DNA from: Histomonas meleagridis 2922-C6/04-290x
Taxonomy: Eukaryota > Protista > Parabasalia
Direction of reading: 5' to 3'
Assembly: GCA_020184695.1 (NCBI GenBank)
Contig: JAANOX010000104.1
Coordinates: 96,520 to 160,519 of the forward strand
DNA length: 64,000 nucleotides
The position numbers and the translations under genes were made by a program. The notes under the pieces were generated by a model that saw only the letters and a program-made list of their open reading frames with translations, did no database searches and was not told the origin of the DNA. Of the stretch, positions 52,501 through 64,000 are shown piece after piece; position 1 is the stretch's first letter; each line of letters opens with the position of its first letter.

Positions 52501-55500
52501 TGCCGCACACTGGGTGCCACTGGGAGTTGCCACCACCAGGCGCCACGCACTGCACGCCGCGCACGATGCCGCCTGAGCGCCACCGCTGGGCGCCGCGCGC
52601 CTGGTGCCACACGCACCTGGGTGCCACCACGCACTGCTGCCACGCACGCACCTGGGTCGCCACTCGCACGCCTGCCCACCCTGGGTTGCCACACACCTGG
52701 GTTGCACCTAGGCGCCACCTGAGCCTGACACGCCACCTGGGTGCCACGCACTGGGTTATGCCACGCTGGTTGCCACCGCACCTGGGTGCTGCACGCACTG
52801 GGCGCCACACACTGGGTGCCACACACCTGGAGTGCCACACCTGGCTCGCACACCACACCTGATTGCCACCTGGGCGCTGCACAGCTAGCACACACTGGGT
52901 GCTCACACTGCCTGTTGCCACTTGCCTGGGCTGCCACTGCACGGTGCTGCACACGCGCCTGGGTTGCCGCAGGCACCACACACCTGGGTGCCACACACAC
53001 ACCTGGTGCCACCACCACCTGGGCCTGCACACACACTGGGTGCTCACACACTGAGTGCCCACACACCTGAGTCCACCACGGGGCCTGCTGCCACCCTGGG
53101 CGCTGCTGCCTGGGTGCCGCGCACTGGGTGCTGCGCCACGCCGGTTGCCACGCACGCAGGTTGCCGCACTTGCCTGGTGCGCCCGCACTTTGCGCCTGGT
53201 CGCCACTGGGTGCCACCGCGCACCGTGCCGCACGCACCTGGGCTCGCACACTGCGACCTGCACTGAGTGCCGCGCACGCACTGGGTGCCACGCACTGAGT
53301 CTTCGCACTGCACTGGGTCTCACCACGCGCTGGGTTGCCACTCGGGTTATGCGCACAGGTTGCTGCCGCTCAGGTCTCCACCACCTGGGTGCCACACACG
53401 CCTGGGTGCCACCACCTGCTGCCACTGGGTGCCGCACACACCTGGGTGCGCACCACCTGGGTCTCCACGCACACCGATACCACACACCTGGGTGCCACAC
53501 CTGAGCCTCCACCATGCCGCGTTGCCACCTTGCCTAGGCCTCCACCTGGGTGATACTTTGCCACCTGGATTTGTCCACCTGCCTGGGTGATCACCACCTG
53601 GGTGCGCCACGCCTGGGCCTCCGCGCTGCCTGGCTCACTGCCTGAGTCCTGCACACACTGGGCGCCACTGCACTGGGTGCCGCACGCGCGCCTGGGTTGC
53701 CACGCGCCGCTCGATTTACACCGCCTGGAGTCACCGCACCTGGTCACTCACCACACTGGTTAGCCGCCTGGGTTCCGCCGCACGCACCTGCGCCACGCGC
53801 GCGCAAGGACCGCCGCTGCACCTGGAGGTGCTGCACGCACTCAGGGACGCCGCGCACGCACGGTTGCCACGCACTGGGTGCCGCTGCACTGGAACGCCGC
53901 GCAGGTGCGCCACACTGGGTGCCGCACTACTGGGTGCCACTGCACGCCAGGTCTGCCGCACTGCACACTGACCTCACCCACGCACACCAGGTTGCCGCAC
54001 GCTGGGTTGCCGCGCCTGGGTGCGCGCCTGGAGGTGCCACCACGCCCTGCGTGCCGCACACGGTGCCACTGGGTGCCGCACACACCTGGGTGCCACGCAC
54101 ACCTGGGTGCCGCAGCACCTGGGTCTCCACACCACTCCGGCAGCGCCACTGCACTGGAGTTGCCACCACTGCCTGGGTTGCGCACTGGGTTGCCACGCAC
54201 GGTGCGCCTGCACCTGTGCCTGCCGCCTTCGGTGCCACACTAGGTGCCACACACTGGGTGCCACTGCCTGGGTGCCACTGCCTGAGACGCACCGCACACC
54301 TGGGTGCCACGCTGCACCTAGACACCACACGCACCAGTGCCACACTGGGTGCTGCACACTGGGTGCCACACTGGAGTCTCGACCACTGCTGGGTCACTGC
54401 ACCTGGAGATGCTGCTGCACTGGGTCCTCCCAACCTGCGCGCGCCACTGCACCTGGAGTTGCCACGCACACGTTGCCACTGCACGGTGCCACGCCACTGG
54501 AGTTGCCACGCACTGGAGCTGCCACCGCCGCTGGTGCCACTTGCACCTGGGTGCCACCACACCTGGGTGCCACACCTGGGGTGCCACACCCTGGGTGCAC
54601 ACGAGCGCCACTGGAGTTGCCGCACACTGGTGCTGCACGCCCTGGGTGCCACTGGAGTTGCCACGCACACCTGGGTTGCCACTGCACTGGAGTGCCGCCC
54701 TGCACGCACCTGGGTGCCGCGCGCCACCTGGTGCGCACACTGGGTGCCACACGGTGCACACACACGTGTCACCGCCACCACTGGAGTACCACACACACAA
54801 GTACCACCTTTCATTTCACACACCTGAGTGCCGCTGCACTGGGTGCCACACGCGCACCTGGAGACGCCACCACACCTGGGTTGCCACCTGCACGTTGCCA
54901 CGCCGCACTGGGTTGCCACGCTTACTGGGTCGCCACCACTGGGTGCACTGCACACCTGGGTGCCACCACTGCACTGGGTTGCCACACGCTGCAGGTGATA
55001 CTGCACCTGGGTGCCACCGCACACGTGCCACGCCACCTGGGTACGCACACCTGAGCGCACACACACGTTGCCACTGCTGCCTGGGTGCTCACCTGCCTGG
55101 TCAGCCTGCACTGCCTGGGTGCCACACCTGGGTGCCGCACCTGGGTGCCGCACGCGCGCAGGTGCCACACTGGGTGCCACGCCTGAGCGCCGCCACCGTT
55201 ATACGCACGAAGTTTCCGCCGCCACTGGTCGACGCCACAGCCTGCGCCCGCAGCGCCGCACGCCTGCCCACGTAGCCGCCGCGCGCAGCGCCGCCACGCA
55301 CTCCTGCAAAAGCCTGCCACGCTTTACTGCGCCACGCCCGCCACGCACTTGCGCGTGGGTCGCCGCTTGCCTGGGTGCCACGCTGGAACCACCTGGGTGC
55401 CGCTGCACACCTGGTGCCGCACTGGGTGCGCACGCGCACTGGGTGCTGCACACTCGTGCGCACACGCACCTGGAGTCGCCACGCACGCCTGGGTTGCGCC

Positions 55501-58500
55501 ACCGCCTAATTCGTGCACGCGCTGGGTTGCCGCCACGTGCCGCCACTGGGTCCGCCGCACGCCTGGGTGAAACGCCGCCTGCGCCGCGCCGCGCAGCAGC
55601 GCGCCAGCACTGCGCCACGCGCCGCCCGCCGCGCCGCACGCAGTCGCCGCACACGCGCCGCCACGCGCTGCGCACACGCACTGGAACGCGCCACGCACAC
55701 TGGGTTGCGCACACCTGGGTGCACGCGCGCTTGGATTGCTACACCGCTCTGGAGTCGCCACGCACTGCCTGGGTCGCCGCTTGCACTGGGTGCCACTTGC
55801 ACCTGGGTGCCACCACCTGGATGTTGCCACTCACCGCCTGGGTTGCCACACCGCGCATTACTCCACACACTGCGCCACGCACACTGGGTGCCACGCACGT
55901 GCCGCCGCGCCTCGTTCCTTGCCTGGGCCTGACCTGGGTGACGCCCGCACGCTGAGTTGCCGCACGCCTGGGTTGCCACGCACGGTGCCACACTTGCACT
56001 GGAGTCGCCACGCGCACCAGGTTGCCGCACGCGGGTGCCACGCACCTGGGTCGCCTCTCACCGCCTGGAAGTGCCACCACCACCTGGGTTGCCACCGCAC
56101 CTGGGTGCCACCACACCGACCTCACGCACTGAGCCTCACGCCTGGGCGCCGCCTGCCGCGCGCAGGACGCCGCTGGGTTGCCGTCGCACAGGTGCCGCAC
56201 GCACAGGCGCCGCACGCTGGGTGCCACGCACCGCCGACGCCACTGGAGTTGCCACGCGCCTGGGTGCTCACGCACCAGGTGCCACTGGGTGCCGCGCACT
56301 GGGTGCGCGCGCCCTGGGTGCCTGTGCACTGGGTCTCCTGCACTGCGCTGGGTCTCACCGCCTGCCTGGGTGCCACACACTGGGTGCGCCGCACGCACAA
56401 GCATGCACTGGGCGCCGCGCCTGAGCGCCACCACCACCGCCTGGGTGCTCACCACCACTAAGTCTCACGCTGCCTGAGCCTGCCACCACGCGCGCCACAC
56501 TGGGGTGTGCCACTGCGCTGGGTGCACGCCACTGCACTGCAGGTTGCCACGCACTGGAGTCGCCGCGCACTGGGCGCCACGCACGCACGGTGCCACACCA
56601 CCTGGGTGCCACGCACTGGGTACGCCACGCACCTGGGCCTGCCACGCACCAGGACGCCGCGCGCAGGTTGCCGCACGCACCTGTCACGACCACGACCTGG
56701 GCCTCACCACGCCTGGTTGCCGCACTTTCGTTGCCGCTGGGTGCCGCACACCTGGAGTTACTCACGCGCCTGGGTTAGCGCCACTTGCGCGCCTGGCGCC
56801 GCACGCACTGGTGCCGCGCACACTGGGTGCCGCGCACACTGCTGCCACGCACGCACTGGGCGCCGCACACGCACGTGCCACGCACTGGGTGCCACCGCGC
56901 ACAAATTCGCCACGACCCTGGTGCCGCGCACTGTGCCACCGCACGCGCACTGGACGCCGCGCACTGAGACGCCGCGCCTGAACGCCCGTGGGTTGCCGCA
57001 CGCTCGCGCTCACCGCACTGCCTGGGTCGCCACGCTGCCTGCGTTACGCCGCACACTGGGTGCCGCGCGCAGGCGCCGCACGCGCACCTGGGTGCCACAC
57101 TGAGTGCCACTGGGCACGCACCTGAGCGCCGCACACTGGGACGCCGCACCTGGGTGCCGCGCACACTGGGCGCCGCACGCACTGGAACGCCGCGCACGCC
57201 TGGGTGCTCGCGCACTGGGCGCCGCGCGCGCAGGTCGCCACGCACTGGGCGCCACGCTGCACAAGGTTGCCACTGCACTGGAACGCCACCGCACACTGAG
57301 CGTCACGCACGCACAAAACGCGCGCACTGGGTGCGCGCGCACGCGCCACGCACTGCACGGTGCCACGCGCCCTGGGCGCCACTGGCCTGCCACTGGGTGC
57401 CACCACCGCTGGGTTTCGCCTGCGCGCTCTGGGTCCGCCGCGCACTGGAGTCGCCGCGCGCGCTGCCGATTCGCCGCACGCACGGTCGCCGCGCGCTGGA
57501 GCGCCGCACGCACTGGGCGCCGCGCACTGGAGCCGCCGCGCGCTGGAACGCCACGCGCACTGGGTGCCGCACGCACGAGCGCCACGCACACCTGGGTGCC
57601 ACGCTGGAACGCCACGCACTGGGTCTCCGCACTGCGTCTGGGTTGCCTGACCTGGCCTGCAGGCCACTGGGTGCCACTGCACTGGAGTTGCCACCTTGCA
57701 CTGGGTGCCGCGCCCGCCTGGGCGCCGCACGCACTGGTGCCACGCACCTGGGAACACTTGCCTGGGTGCCACTTTTACTGGGTGCCACGCACTGGGCCTC
57801 ACTGCCTGAGTGCCATGCCACCTGGGCCCTCCACTGCACTGGGTGCCACGCACTGGGGTGCCACACACACTGGGCGCCACACACCTGGTGCCACCACCAC
57901 CTGGGCGCCACCTGCACTGGTTGCCGCTGCCACCCGAGGTGCGCCGCGCTGGGTTGCCGCGCGCACTGAGCCGCCACGCGCACTGAGTCCCGCGCACACC
58001 TGGGTGCCGCACACACTGGGTGCCGCACGCGGGTTGCCGCACTGGGTGCCGCGCGCACAAGGTTAACCGCACGCACTGGGTGCCGCACACCACTGGGTGC
58101 GCCACCGCGCGCGCGTTGCCACGCGCCGCGACGCCACGCACCTGGGTGCTCGCCTGGGTTCTGCGTGAGCCTCACGCGCTGCGTTGCCACCCGCACTGGG
58201 CGAGTCACTGCACTGCGCCTCACTAGGTCAGCCACTCTGCTGGGTTCGCTGGGTTGCCACGCCGCCTGGGTCGCCGCTGCACTGGAGTTGCCACGCCGCA
58301 GGTGCCATCGCACCTGGGTTGCCACGCGCACTGGGTGCCACCGCACGCACTGGGATTGCCACGCACCTGGGTGATACGCGCACCTGCGTGCCGCACCTGA
58401 GCGCCACACGCACCTGGTGCGCTGCGCTGCACACCTGGTCCGCACGCGCACTGGGTTATGCACGCGCTGGAGGTTGCCACTTGCTCGTTGCCACGCACTG

Positions 58501-61500
58501 GGACGCCGCACTGGGTGCCGCGCACTGGTGCCACCGCACACCTGGGTGCCACGCACACTAGGTGCCACACCGCGCCACCGCACGCCGTACCGCACTCTGG
58601 AAGTTACGCCACACCACAAATTTACCGCACCGCACCAGTCGTCATGCCCTGAGTGCCACCACCACCTGAGTCGTTTCACCGCACTGAGGTTATACGCGCG
58701 CTGGGTGCCGCGCGCTGGGTTGCCGCGCACTGGGCCTGCCACGCACGCTGCGCCACGCGCAGGTGCACGCACTGGGTGCCACGCTCAGGTGCCACGCACT
58801 GAGTTACCGCGCACCTGCAGCGCCACACGCAGGTTTTCCTGCCTAGCGCTCACACACTAAATTTGCCACCGCTGGAGTCCACTCGCCTGGGTTGCCACTG
58901 CCTGGTGCCACCTGGGTTCGCCGCCACTGGGTTGCCACGCGCGCACTGAGTTGCCGCTGCACTGGACGCCGCACCACACTGGGTCGCCACCGCACTGGGT
59001 TGCCACGCACTGCCTGGGTCGCCACCGCACTGAGCGCCACGCACACGGTACTCGCACGCGATTTGCCACACGCACAGAGCGCCACCCACACTGAGCCGCC
59101 ACGCACCTGAGTGACCACCGCCGCCTGTGCGCCACGCCTGGAGTTATACACCTGGGCGCACCACGCGCTCAGGTTGCGCTTGCGCCTGGGTTGCCACCGC
59201 ACTGCTGCCACGCACTGGGTGCCACGCACCAGGCGCGCACGCACTGGGTGCCGCGCACGCTGCGGTGCCGCACGCACCTGGTGCTCCGCCACGCTGCAGA
59301 CCGCAAGCGCACACTGGACGTGCCACCACCGCACTGGGTGCACGCACAGGTTCTGGGACTGCCTGCTGCTGCCCTGGGTTGCCACTGCACTGGGTGCCAC
59401 TGGGACTGGGTGCCACCTGGGTGCTCACACTGGGTGCCACTGCAGGTGCCACGCGCTGGTGCCACCACACCTGGGTGCCACACACCTGCGACCTGCCTGC
59501 GTGCCACCTGGTGACCTGCCTGAGCTGCGTGCCACACTGATTTCACCTGCTGCCACTCACTGGAGTCGCCACGCACTGGGACCTGCCCACACTGCCTGCA
59601 GGTGCCACGCACCTGGAGTGCCAGCGCACCTGGAGTTGCCACGCACGCTGGGTCACGCCGCACGCACTGTCGCACACAGCACAAGTGCCACACACTGGGT
59701 GCCGCACGCACAAACGCCACACCACCGCGCCGAGGCCGCCATACACTGGGTTGCCACTTGCACTGGTTGCCGCACTGCACGGTTGTACGCTGCGCTGGGT
59801 GCCACCGCACCTGCGTGCCACTGCCTGGTGCCGCGCACCTGGACGCCACGCGCCTCGTTTGCCCTTTCAGTTCCACCACCTGGGTTGCGCACACACAAGA
59901 CCACACCTGGCCACCACACTCTCAGCTCACATCTTTCGCACACTGGGTGCCACTGCACACCTGCGCTGCCACTTGCCTGGGTCACCGCGCACTGGCGCCG
60001 CGCGCACTGGGTTACGCACCTGGGCACTCACCTGTGCCGCACGCACCAGATGGGCGCACGCGCTGGGTGCCACCTGGGCCTGCCTGCCTGGGTGCCGCGC
60101 ACTGAGTTGCCACGCACTGCGGGTTGCCGCACGCACTGGGTTGCCACGCGCCTGCGCCGCGCACGGTTGCCACGCCATGCACCTGGGTTGCCACACCGCA
60201 CTGGGTTCGCCACTTGCACTGGAAGTTGCCACCGCACGCAGGTGCCACTGCACTGGAGTGCCACGCACACCTGGAGTCACCACGCACCTGCGTGCCACGC
60301 ACCACGCAAGTCGCCGCACGCACAAGGTTGCACACACTGGGTCGCCACACTTGCTGGGTGCGCCGCACTGGGTGCTGCCCACTGCACTGGGTTGCCACGC
60401 ACCAGGTTGCCACTGGGTCGCACGCGCCTGGGTGCCACTTGCACTGGGTGCCACACTGGGTGCCACTGGGTGCCACACACCTGGGTGCCGCACACACCAG
60501 GTGCCCCACCACCTGGTGCCACGCACACTGTGCCACCTGGGATTGCCACACACACTGGAGTGTACACTGCTCTGGTGCTGCCACACGCGCTGTTACGCCG
60601 CGCGCCGGGTTACCGCACGCTGGGTGCCACGCACCCTGGGTTGCCACTGCACTTGCGCTGGAGTTGCCGCCACGCGCAGGATCGCCGCACGCACGGCGCC
60701 TTACGCACTGGGCGCCGCACACTGCACGTGCCGCACCTGCCTGGGTTGCCACACCACCTGGGTGCCACCGCGCGCGTGCCACGCTGGTGCCGCCGCCCTG
60801 GGACCTCGCGAACGCTTGCACCGGGTCGCCGCACACGCAGTTGCCGCACGCACACGAGGTGCCACCGCACCTGGACGCCACTGCACTGGGTACTCACGCA
60901 CCTGGAGCGCTCGCACGCCTGGTGCGCCACGCACCTGGTGCCACGCACTGGGTGCCTGGTGCCGCACACCTGGGTGCACGCACGCACTGGAGTGCCACGC
61001 GCACGTTCGCCTGTTACGCCGCGCTGGGTGCCGCACCGCTGGGTCGCACACGCCTGCACCTGACGCCGCGCTGGGTGCGCCACTTGCACTGGGTTGCCAC
61101 TTGCACCTGGGGTGCCACCGCACCTGGTGCCACACTGGAGACGCCACCACCTGGGTGCCACGCACGCCTGGTGCCGCACACTGCGTTCTGCCACACTCGA
61201 GTGCCACTGCACCTGAGTGCCACACCTGGGTTAGCCACGCGCGCGCTGGGTCGCCGCCGCGCACGTGCCGCACTGGGTGCCACTGCACTGGGCCTCCAGA
61301 CGCCGCACTGCAGTTGCCGCGCGCATGGGTGCCACGCACTAGGTGCGCACAGACGCCACACGCTGGGTGCCACCACGCCTGGAACGCCGCACACTGGGTG
61401 CGCACGCGCTGCGCAGGTTCGCCGCACGCACCTGGGCCGCCACGCACTGGGTTGCCGCACGCCGCAAGGTGCCGCTGCGCCCTGGGTCGCCACGCACTGG

Positions 61501-64000
61501 GTTGCCGCACGCACAGGTCGCCACCACCGCTGGAGTTGCCGCACCTGGTGCCACCGCGCCTGAGCGTCACCACCTGGGTCATCACTGCTGCCTAGGTCGC
61601 CGCACCTGGGTTGCCACTCGCACCTGGGTTGCCCTTCCTTGCCTGGGTGCTCACTGCACCTGGGTGCTGCACCACTGAGGTGCTGCACCACACTGAGCTG
61701 CTGGTCTCACCTGCGATTGCCACCTGGTGCCACTGGTGCCACTGGGTGCCACACACTGAGTTGCCACTGCACTGGGTGCTCACCGCCGCTGGGTGCGCTG
61801 CCGTTGCCGCGCGCCTGGTCGCCACGCGCTGGGTCCGCACACTGCGCTGGTTGCCGCACGCACGCAAGGTGCCACTGGGTGCCACGCACTGGGTCCGCCG
61901 CACGCTGGAGTGCCACGCACTGGGTGCCACACCGCTGGGTGCGCACGCACTGGGCGCCGCACACCTGGGTCTCCACGCACTGGACGCCACACGCGCTGGG
62001 TGCCGCGCACTGGACCGTTTCACGCACCCTGGGTGCCGCGCCACTGGGTGCCACGCACTGGGTGCCGCGCGCACTGGGTGCCACACGCACGGGTTGCCAC
62101 GACACCAGGTTGCGCACACGCACCGGGTTGCCGCGCACGGTTGCCGCACGCGCCTGAGTCCGCCGCACGCACTGGAGTTACGCCGCGCACCCGTGGGTGC
62201 GCACGCACTGGGTTGCCGCGCACCGTTTCCACTGGGCCTGCCGCACTGAGCCGCCACGCACGAGGTGCCGCGCGCGCCGGAACGCCGCACTGGGTGCCGC
62301 GCACTGGGTGCCGCGCACTGGGTTAACCGCACGCACCAGGTGCCACGCGATTTGCCACTGGGTTACACACTGGAGTTGCCACGCACTGGAGTTGCCGCCA
62401 CCTTGCTTTCGTTCACGCACCGATTCCGCGCTGTTCCACGCGCCCTGGGTTGCCGCACACTGAACGCCACGCACCGGTGCCACCGACGCCGCGCACCGGT
62501 CTGCATGGTTACCGCGCCTGGAGTTGCCACACTGGGTTATGCCACCTGGAACCACTTTCGGTGCTCACCACCCTGGGTGCCACACTGGGATTCCTGCCTG
62601 GGTGCCACTGCCTGGGGTGCCACACGCTGGGCACCACCACTCGTTGCCACACACCTGATTTCACCTGGGCCGCCACACACCAGTCACTGCACCCTTTCAA
62701 GGTGCCACCACTGGGTACCACGCACTGGGTGCCACCACCTGGGGTTAACCGCACGCTGGGTTTTTCCACGCTGGTTACCACACAGATTGCCACTGGTTCC
62801 TTTTTGCCTAGGGTTGCCACGCACTGGGCGCCACACGCGATTTTCCCTGGGTGCACACTGGGTGCCACTGCAGTGCCACTGCCACTAGATTTTCCACACT
62901 GGGTTATACACACAGGATTTTCACCTGATTTCCTTAACGCCTGGGTCCGCCACGCTTTCGGTGCCACGCTGGGTTGCCGCACGCGGGTTGCCGCGCGCAC
63001 TGGGTTGCCGCGCACTGGTTCCGCTGGGTGCCGCGCCTGGGTGCCGCACCTGAGTGCCGCACTGGTCACCGGTGCCACGCACCAGATTCCACACCGGTGC
63101 CACACTGATTCCACCTGGGTGCCACCACCTGGTTGCCACACGCTGGGTTGCCACTGCACCCTGGATTGCAGGAGTTGCCACTGCACTGGGTTGCCTGGGT
63201 GCCACTTGCACTCGAGGTGCACGCACAGGTTGCCACCTATAGGTTGCCACGCACTGGGTTGCCACCTTGCACCTGGGTTCACACCACTGCAGTGCCACAC
63301 CTGGGCTCACCACCCACCTGGGCCTCACTGCACTGAGTTTCACACTGGGTGCCACTGCACTCAAGATTCCACACCTGGGTTGCCACTTGCCTGGGTTGCC
63401 ACTGCCTGGAGTTGCCACTTGCTGGAGTTGCCATACACTGGAGTTGCCACCTGGGTTGCCACACTGGGTCTCACCACACTGGGTGCCACTGCACCTGGGG
63501 TTTGCCACGCCACTGGAGACACCACCTGCAGTTGCCACACTGGGATTTTCCACCACACTTACAGAGATTCACACTAGGTCTCCACCACCACACCTGAGTC
63601 TGCTCTGGGTTATGCCCTGCACTGGTCACCACGCCGCCGCTCGATTGCCTTTTCGTTCACCTGGTGCTCACTGCTGGAGTGCCACTGCTGCCTGGGTGCC
63701 ACACTGGGTGCCACTGGGTGCCACACACTGAGTTGCTGCACCACACTGGGTGCCACCACACACTGGTCTCACCTGGTGCCACCTGCCTGGGTGCTCCACC
63801 ACCTGGTGCCACTGCCACTGGGTGCCGCACTGGTTGCGCTCGGTCGCCGCACGCACTGGGTCGCCGCACGCTGGGTGCCGCACTGGGTGCCACCTGGGTT
63901 ATGCGCACGACGCCGCACTGGGTGCCACCGCTGGGACGCCGCGCACTGGGTGCCGCGCACCGGTTCACGCACTGAGTGCCGCGCTGCTGACCGTGCGTGA
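49560..64000. repeat. 14.4-kb GC-rich low-complexity block (CCG/GCG-rich start, then CACTGGGTGC/CACCTGGGTGC/CTGGGTTGCCAC words); satellite-like or sequencing artefact
   Basis: Roughly 70% GC by eye versus about 25-30% upstream. Small vocabulary with no fixed period; AA/AT/TA nearly absent on the plus strand; all six frames give overlapping WVPH/GATH/CVAP-type ORFs. Confidence 0.85.

Noticed and set aside
49462-64000. About 130 long overlapping ORFs on both strands (up to 650 aa)
   Set aside because: They occur in all six frames with the same W/C/H/P/A/R word translations. Stops are rare only because TAA/TAG/TGA are nearly absent from the repeat vocabulary, and no domain is recognisable.
51100-64000. 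True telomeric repeat array
   Set aside because: There is no exact short tandem unit such as TTAGGG/TTTAGGG; only a miscalled telomere remains possible.

Overview
AT-rich, intron-poor eukaryotic DNA whose gene families and promoter words point to a parabasalid protist (Tritrichomonas/Histomonas/Trichomonas-like; inference). Bases 1-48.1 kb are gene-dense: about 27 protein genes, one tRNA-Asp(GTC) and degenerate ORF remnants. The genes include RPL18, a PABP-like protein, a 14-3-3-like protein, OLA1/YchF, a DYRK/YAK kinase, an Rpn10-like vWA protein, a REXO-type exonuclease, a tetraspanin, Furry-like and SPG15-like solenoids, a TKL-kinase/GBP-like GTPase fusion and two bacterial-looking enzymes. 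From about 49.55 kb to the end is a 14.4-kb GC-rich, low-complexity block built from a few words (CACTGGGTGC, CACCTGGGTGC, CTGGGTTGCCAC). Its many ORFs are shadows, and it may be a satellite or a long-read artefact. The most striking signal is at 23.2-24.7 kb on the minus strand. Nine stop-free ankyrin cores downstream of a DUF3447-type ankyrin gene are each preceded by an AT-rich spacer of 80,80,80,80,80,80,81,84,80 nt. The spacers break the frame or contain stops (except the 84-nt one) and lack consistent GT-AG ends. They carry a GGA/AAA/GAA triplet at a fixed distance from the next repeat, and including it rebuilds natural ankyrin hairpins (e.g. KDVLGNTAL, KNFYGWTAL). This suggests an undescribed excision, splicing or bypass mechanism.
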